A DNA stretch of 32,000 bases, taken from positions 1 through 32,000 of the forward strand of contig CAZPUN010000027.1 of NCBI GenBank assembly GCA_964589775.1, given 5' to 3'. This DNA is from an uncultured archaeon (GTDB lineage Archaea; Asgardarchaeota; Thorarchaeia; Thorarchaeales; CAZPUN01). The translations under genes and the position numbers were made by a program. Below, in pieces: positions 26,599 to 32,000 of the stretch. Each line of letters begins with the position of its first letter. Position 1 is the stretch's first letter. A model generated the notes under the pieces. That model saw only the letters and a program-made list of their open reading frames with translations. It did not search any database and was not told the origin of the DNA.

Positions 26599-28821
26599 GT
26601 GAACAAGTTGGTAAGAGTAAAGAACCCCGACGATATTAGAAAAATGGTTATGGGAGGCGATATTAAGAAAAAGAGAATTATCAGTATCGCTGCCCATATT
26701 GACCATGGAAAGACTACAACAACTGACTATCTATTACGAAGAGCAGGTCTTATGAGTGATGAAGCTGCAGGTCAGGCTCTGATGACCGATTCCGATGAGG
26801 AAGAACAACAGAGAGGCATTACAATTTTCACAAGCGTTGTCATGCTTACATTCAAAGTTGGAGATGAAGAATACGTTATTCAATTGAACGATACCCCCGG
26901 ACACCTTTCATTTACCGGTGAAGTATCTCGAGCTCTTAGAGCCTCTGATGGTGCAGTAATCTTAGTTGATGCTTTAGAAGGTGTCATGACTCAGACCGAA
27001 ACCAATATTCGTCTTGCTGTTGGTGGAGAATATTGTAAGCCTGTTTTGTTCATTAATAAAGTAGATCGATTAATTAATGAACTTAAGCTTCCACCAGCTA
27101 AAGTATATGAACGTATTGACATGATTATTGATAAAGTGAATGCCCTCATCCGCAAGATTGCACCAAAAGAATACGCAAAGCAATGGCAAGTTAGCTTCCA
27201 GAAGGGTAGTGTAGCCATTGGTTCTGCAAAGCATGGCTGGGGCTTCACGATGGACATTCTGACAGAGAAGAACATCAAGCCCAACCTTGTATTCGAAAAG
27301 TATAATGAGGGCGATGTTAAGTGGCTTCGTGAAAACCTACAACTTGATGAAGCGTTATTACGTATGATTGTGAAGCATCTTCCAGACCCTCAGACCGCTC
27401 AGCAGTATCGTATTCCTAAGATCTGGACTGGTGATTTAGAGTCAGAAGTCGGAAAAGCTCTTCTGAACTGTGATCCTAATGGTCCTCTACTGGGTATGAT
27501 TACTAAGATATTTATCGATCCTAAGAGCAAAAGACCTACACTTATTGGTCGTGTTTATTCCGGTACATTATCTGCCGGTCAGGAAATCTATCTTGTTAAT
27601 CAGAGAAAGAAGACTCGTGTCAGAAGACTTGGAGTTATGGAAATCACAGATATCCTTGATGTAGAAAAGATTCCTGCAGGAAACTTATTCGCTGTATTTG
27701 GTTTCATGTGCCCTGCAGGCGAGTCATTCATTGAGCCGGGCAAGAAAATCGCTCCATTTGAGAGCATAGAATATGTAAGCGAACCTGTTGTCAGTCGAAG
27801 TATCAAACCAAAAGATCCTCAGGACCTTGCTAAGCTTGGTGAAGTTGTATCTAAATGGATCATGGCCGATCCCACCGCTCGATTCGTTCATGATAAAGAA
27901 TCTGGTGAGTATCGTCTAGATGGTATTGACCCACTTCAGATTGAAATCCTGACCAAGCGTATAAATGAACAGATTCCAATCAAAGTATCCGAGCCAATTA
28001 TTGTATATCGTGAAGTTCCCGAAGCACGCAGTCAGGAATATCACACCAAGTCTCCAAATGGTCACAACCGTATCAAGATCTATCTTGAGCCACTAGATGA
28101 AAAGACCGTCGAACTTCTTCGTCGTAAGCGAATTAACATGGAACAGGATCCCAAAGTACGCGGTCAAATTCTTAGAGATGAAGCCGGTTGGGATCCAAAG
28201 GCTGCACGAAATATCTGGGATATTTATGAAACCAACTTGCTGATTAACGTCACAACTGGAGTTCAGAGATTAGACCGCATTAAAGACTATGTAATCAATA
28301 TCTTCCGTGAATGGTGTAATCGTGGTACACTTGCACATGAGCCTGTCATGGGTGTAAAGGTATTCATTACAGATGCCACAGTTCACGTTGATCCTGCTCA
28401 CACTGGATTTAGTGAAATTATGACAATGGTGTCATCCGCATTGAACTTATGTTTCTTAACAGCAGATCCAAAGCTCTATGAACCTATGCTTAAAGTCGAC
28501 ATTAAGACACCTGCAGAGACCCAAGGTGCAGTTATCAAAGTCCTTACAGGTCATCGTGGTCAGATTCTAGATATTACTCCTGAAGAAGACAGCGTAATTG
28601 TAAAGGGAATTATTCCAACTGCAGAAACAATTGGTATCGCTGATGAATTTCGAAGTGTAACTTCCGGTAGAAGCTTCTTTGGCTATGAGTTTATGGGATT
28701 CAGACCAATACCTGCAAACATGCAAGAAGCTAAGATTCTCGAAATTCGTAAGAGGAAGGGACTTCCAGAAGAATTACCAAAGCCCGACAATTGGCTCAGA
28801 TTCGTCTACAAGAGAACATAA
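26599..28821 (+). CDS. Archaeal elongation factor 2 homolog, probably the divergent paralog (aEF-2p)
   Basis: AHIDHGKTT, RGITI, DTPGH, NKVDR and a full five-domain length. The diphthamide loop reads HVDPAHTG, GMGELH is replaced by GIDPLQ, and no rpS7/rpS12 genes are adjacent. Confidence 0.88.
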   Translation: MNKLVRVKNPDDIRKMVMGGDIKKKRIISIAAHIDHGKTTTTDYLLRRAGLMSDEAAGQALMTDSDEEEQQRGITIFTSVVMLTFKVGDEEYVIQLNDTPGHLSFTGEVSRALRASDGAVILVDALEGVMTQTETNIRLAVGGEYCKPVLFINKVDRLINELKLPPAKVYERIDMIIDKVNALIRKIAPKEYAKQWQVSFQKGSVAIGSAKHGWGFTMDILTEKNIKPNLVFEKYNEGDVKWLRENLQLDEALLRMIVKHLPDPQTAQQYRIPKIWTGDLESEVGKALLNCDPNGPLLGMITKIFIDPKSKRPTLIGRVYSGTLSAGQEIYLVNQRKKTRVRRLGVMEITDILDVEKIPAGNLFAVFGFMCPAGESFIEPGKKIAPFESIEYVSEPVVSRSIKPKDPQDLAKLGEVVSKWIMADPTARFVHDKESGEYRLDGIDPLQIEILTKRINEQIPIKVSEPIIVYREVPEARSQEYHTKSPNGHNRIKIYLEPLDEKTVELLRRKRINMEQDPKVRGQILRDEAGWDPKAARNIWDIYETNLLINVTTGVQRLDRIKDYVINIFREWCNRGTLAHEPVMGVKVFITDATVHVDPAHTGFSEIMTMVSSALNLCFLTADPKLYEPMLKVDIKTPAETQGAVIKVLTGHRGQILDITPEEDSVIVKGIIPTAETIGIADEFRSVTSGRSFFGYEFMGFRPIPANMQEAKILEIRKRKGLPEELPKPDNWLRFVYKRT

Positions 28822-28911
28822 TTTGTTCTCAAATTTTCTCTTCTTTTTTCTAAAATGTCCAACACCATAAATGATAAAATTTAGTTGATGTGTTATTATT
28901 TTGTGATATTC

Positions 28912-30225
28912 ATGAACGCTCCATATCTTGATTGGTTGAAATATCTTGTTGAGATTCCTTCTGTAAATGATCGTCATGAGAATTTACAACCTGATGATAA
29001 GATTCCAAAATTCTTGTATGAATTTTTTATAGAAAGACAGTTTAAAACCGAAATTATAGAACAAAATGGTTATTATAGCGTGTTAGCAATAAAAGGGGAC
29101 CATGGTCCGAAAATTCTATTCCTTGCGCATTTTGATGTGGTTCCACCAGGAAATGGTTGGCAGACGGACCCATTTAAACTTACCATAAAAGGCGAGAAAG
29201 CCTTCGGTCGTGGAACAATTGATGATAAAGGAAATGTTGTTGCACTTATGCTTCTTGCTGAAAAATTAAAGGATTTGAATTTAGATGCAACTATTATGAT
29301 TGGTATAACCGGTGATGAGGAAATAGGTGGTCGCAATGGTTCTGTGGCTGTTCGAGAACGTCTCCGCGAGCTTGGGTTATCACCTGAATATGTTATAGTG
29401 GCAGATGGTAGTGGGCAGAGGATAATCTTTAGACGCAGAAATACATTTCGACTTAGTATATCTGCCAGGTCTCAACTGAAAACGATAAGAGGAATTACTA
29501 AAACTATTAGGTTTGAAACTGAATATTATAAAAGTCAATCTCGACATTCTGCATATTTTCGTCCAGGATTGGACCGCCACGCATTACTCTGTGCCTCAAG
29601 ATTCGTACTTGAAAATACAGTTTATATTAAATCATTGAAGGGTGATTTCATAAAAGAAAATGTAGTACCAAGTTGGGTTGAACTTGAAGTTGTATATCCT
29701 GACCCTCAAGGTACTGATCAATCTATAGATATGACATTAACAAATCTAGTCAAGTGGTTGTATTCTCTTTCGCGAATGAATTTTCCATCTGAACCAAGTG
29801 ATTATGGTACAAATATACTTCCAAATATGATGTTTCATGATGGCGATATATGGTCTGTAAATTTCGATATTCGTGCTATGAGTAATGATAAAAAATCTAT
29901 TCATAGAGCTGCAGAAAAAGTACTAGAGGGGCGTCTTTCATACTCTAAACTTGAGGTTCTAGCAGGTGTGGGTTATGTATCAAATTCATTGGACTCCAAA
30001 TTAATCAAAGCTGCAGTTTCGCAATCGCAGGAAATGAATTGGAATTCGGAGCCAATCGAGGGTGCAGGGGCTTCAGATTCACGACATTTCGCTGATGGAG
30101 TCACTCAGATATTTGATTTCGGACCTTTAGGTACAAATCTTCATGGTCCTAACGAATATGTCCTCTATGAATCAATCCCGGAAACTACTGAGTTCTACTT
30201 TGGTCTAATAAAACGTCTGATATAG
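28912..30225 (+). CDS. M20/DapE-ArgE family metallopeptidase/amidohydrolase
   Basis: Motifs AHFDVVP, GRGTIDDKG, GDEEIGG, GASDSRHF, HGPNEY. The start is placed at ATG 28912. Confidence 0.9.
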   Translation: MNAPYLDWLKYLVEIPSVNDRHENLQPDDKIPKFLYEFFIERQFKTEIIEQNGYYSVLAIKGDHGPKILFLAHFDVVPPGNGWQTDPFKLTIKGEKAFGRGTIDDKGNVVALMLLAEKLKDLNLDATIMIGITGDEEIGGRNGSVAVRERLRELGLSPEYVIVADGSGQRIIFRRRNTFRLSISARSQLKTIRGITKTIRFETEYYKSQSRHSAYFRPGLDRHALLCASRFVLENTVYIKSLKGDFIKENVVPSWVELEVVYPDPQGTDQSIDMTLTNLVKWLYSLSRMNFPSEPSDYGTNILPNMMFHDGDIWSVNFDIRAMSNDKKSIHRAAEKVLEGRLSYSKLEVLAGVGYVSNSLDSKLIKAAVSQSQEMNWNSEPIEGAGASDSRHFADGVTQIFDFGPLGTNLHGPNEYVLYESIPETTEFYFGLIKRLI

Positions 30226-30236
30226 CCTACAAACAC

Positions 30237-30442
30237 TCTGCGAGAAAGCATCGTTTTTCAAAGCGGTGATGAATCGCAGAAAAGTTCAATAATGATTATC
30301 CATATCTTAATGGAACTAAACATACTAAAGGGCTGGAGCGTATAGTTCCCTTGTCGGGGCACAGCGCATATATGCATGAAATGGCTACCGCTGAATAGCC
30401 TATATGCAGACCCCTCGCATTTCAATGCGGGGAGTATGCCAG
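30237..30442 (+). mobile_element. Non-autonomous IS200/IS605-derived miniature element with a possible tnpB 3' remnant / omega-RNA-like scaffold
   Basis: Two co-oriented 8-bp hairpins with identical TTCA loops: CATCGTTT/AAGCGGTG at 30249-30268 and CCTCGCAT/ATGCGGGG at 30413-30432. Internal stems GCATATA/TATATGC and GGCTA/TAGCC. The boundaries are approximate. Confidence 0.65.
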
Positions 30443-30446
30443 AAAA

Positions 30447-31232
30447 TCAGAGATATTCAACAAGATCAATCGCAAAGTCGATATTTTTTTCTCCAATTTT
30501 TATTGTTCCATAATACTTATGCGAGTTCCAGTCATGCTTTTTGTTTTTTGTTATTATCCATAATTCCATAGCATTCGTCTTATTCTTTAATTCTAAACGA
30601 ATAGGTTTAATGATTGTTTCACATTCTTCATCCTTGCAGTTCAAATACAATTTTATAGGCGTTTCATCTGAAATTCCAACTTTACGTTTGGTCTTATTTA
30701 TTGCATCTATTGCATCTATCAAAATGATTTTCTGGCGTAATCTATCATCAACTGATAAATCTACAAAAACAAATCCGTGCTCGTTTTCGTTATATACAAC
30801 ATTTTCAGGAATATCTATTTCAAATTTTATGTCCTCTTGATCTATGGTAGCCTCTTGTTCCTTACCTAATGGTATTGTCACTGGTCCTGCTGTAATCTCT
30901 TCCATCAATGAAATCGGATCTAACATTTTAATAACTTCTAAAACCGCATCACTTTTCTTCTTAAATTTTTTACGGATCTCTTTCTCATTAGGTAGGACTT
31001 TTATCTGTGCAAACTTTGGTAGCGTGTTAATGTTTGTTATTACAAAATTCTCAACTTCAAATTCTATTGATATGCGTTCTTTAACTAATTCTGCAGATTC
31101 TTTTGCAGCTGCGCTCTTTGGTGAAAAGTATATCGTGTGAATTGGTTTTTTCTCTTTTACTCTTGGGAGTTCTCTTAAAAACTCAGAGAGTACTGGGTAT
31201 ATATCTACAGAATAGATCGTCTTAAAAGTCAT
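30447..31232 (-). CDS. Stand-alone protein resembling the C-terminal extension of archaeal/eukaryotic-type IleRS (DUF5915-like)
   Basis: KVLPNEKEIRKKF ~ vkPNfk.lGpkf and VFVDLSVDDRL....IDAINKTKRKVG ~ V.lDt.lt.eL..eG.aRe.v..iq..RK..g. No HIGH or KMSKS motif. Confidence 0.6.
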   Translation of the reverse strand: MTFKTIYSVDIYPVLSEFLRELPRVKEKKPIHTIYFSPKSAAAKESAELVKERISIEFEVENFVITNINTLPKFAQIKVLPNEKEIRKKFKKKSDAVLEVIKMLDPISLMEEITAGPVTIPLGKEQEATIDQEDIKFEIDIPENVVYNENEHGFVFVDLSVDDRLRQKIILIDAIDAINKTKRKVGISDETPIKLYLNCKDEECETIIKPIRLELKNKTNAMELWIITKNKKHDWNSHKYYGTIKIGEKNIDFAIDLVEYL

Positions 31233-31555
31233 AGACTTAATCACCAAACCTTTACAAATCAATAATATCTGCAGCGCCAAGCTCTCTTTATTTTATATGT
31301 TTTTCTATATTTATATTTGTATCCTTATATTTTATATTCGCTTTTTGATTTAACTTTATTCCTGTATTTTAATTATAAAAGGAAAATATTTTCATAATGT
31401 TAATTTTTCATTTTCATAATTTAGTCTAAACAAGGAATTTTAGTACTATTATTAATTCATACTCCATTGAAAAATTATAATGAAATATTACCATTTTATT
31501 CTCTTTTTTAAATTTATAATGGTAAAATTAATATATTTGAAATATATTGTATAAT

Positions 31556-31663
31556 ATGACGCCCCTTCGCGTCTCGAATCTGAATCTATTCCTTGCTATA
31601 CGCACGCACGACTGGCTGACTGATTTTCGCATATTATATGCGAGACCGGGAGAGGGGCGTCAT
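31556..31663. ncRNA. Candidate ~108-nt structured element (GC-rich island closed by long terminal stems)
   Basis: ATGACGCCCCT/AGGGGCGTCAT is a perfect 11-bp stem, followed by an internal loop and GTCTCG/CGAGAC. It sits in very AT-rich intergenic DNA. Confidence 0.5.
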
Positions 31664-31845
31664 CGAGTTTTTGTGATATTATCTATGGCTTATTTCGCTA
31701 TTCCTGAATATTCAAAAAAACTAGCTAATCAATAAATCGTTTTGATAGTTTAGATCATAATAATGTTAATCATTCAGAAAAATGAGTTAACTATAATCTT
31801 GTATTAAAAAAGGTGGGGTTTCATATGCGATTATTATTACGAATT

Positions 31846-32000
31846 TTACTTTAGAAGTATTTCTGTTGATTCATTTTTGAATCTCAACTTAAGTCTTATT
31901 TTTCCATCGATCCTATATTTTTGAAAATCATTTATATTCACATTATATGTTTCTTTCACGAAATTGTCCAATATTTTCCTTATATCTTCATCATTTTCCA
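31846..32000 (-). CDS. C-terminal fragment of a gene running in from the right edge
   Basis: 50 open codons (ENDEDIRKILDNFVKETY...TEILLK) ending at TAA 31848-31846. Confidence 0.45.
   Translation of the reverse strand, partial: ENDEDIRKILDNFVKETYNVNINDFQKYRIDGKIRLKLRFKNESTEILLK

Noticed and set aside
26599-28821. Canonical fusA/aEF-2 call
   Set aside because: The motifs are divergent and there is no str-operon context, so no gene symbol was assigned.
31281-31555. Long AT-rich tract as a replication origin
   Set aside because: No ORB-like repeats and no adjacent orc1/cdc6 gene are visible.
31556-31663. SECIS interpretation (stem begins with AUGA)
   Set aside because: AUGA is Watson-Crick paired to UCAU rather than forming the GA/GA quartet, and I saw no in-frame-UGA selenoprotein candidate nearby.
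31547-31735. 62-aa ORF across the GC-rich island
   Set aside because: It is short, has no SD-like site or motif, and the inverted repeats argue for a nucleic-acid-level element.
1-32000. CRISPR array, rRNA, integrase or prophage genes
   Set aside because: I saw no regularly spaced repeats, rRNA-like tracts or such genes.

Overview
This is an AT-rich archaeal chromosomal segment, most likely from an Asgard archaeon. That assignment is inferred from a small GTPase plus two Roadblock/LC7 genes, a divergent EF-2 paralog with HTG in place of HRG, and a tetraether lipid synthase. From left to right it holds: a minus-strand run (GH1 beta-glycosidase, E1-alpha/E1-beta-like TPP enzyme, TPR protein, GH36 alpha-galactosidase, ECF S-component); nikR; a HAD hydrolase; a GTPase-roadblock-roadblock operon; panB; a gamma-carbonic-anhydrase-like protein; and an MBL hydrolase. 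These are followed by two divergent surface-anchored metallo-phosphoesterases sharing a GIFT/DUF4350-like domain, polyprenyl synthase + tes, guaA, a creatininase-family gene, tRNA-Gln(CTG) with a non-canonical D-loop intron, a DUF59 protein, the EF-2 paralog, an M20 peptidase, a ~210-bp IS200/IS605-derived miniature element and a stand-alone IleRS C-terminal-like domain. The most notable items are: (1) an unannotated 65-nt three-way-junction RNA with its own apparent promoter and terminator, converging on the tRNA; (2) a second ~108-nt structured GC-rich island; (3) an MglA-type GTPase with an Arf1-like N-terminus, paired with two roadblocks, one carrying a polybasic-FF motif; (4) an E1-alpha lacking its catalytic His loop inside a glycosidase operon. 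All family calls come from motif recognition by eye; no database searches were run.
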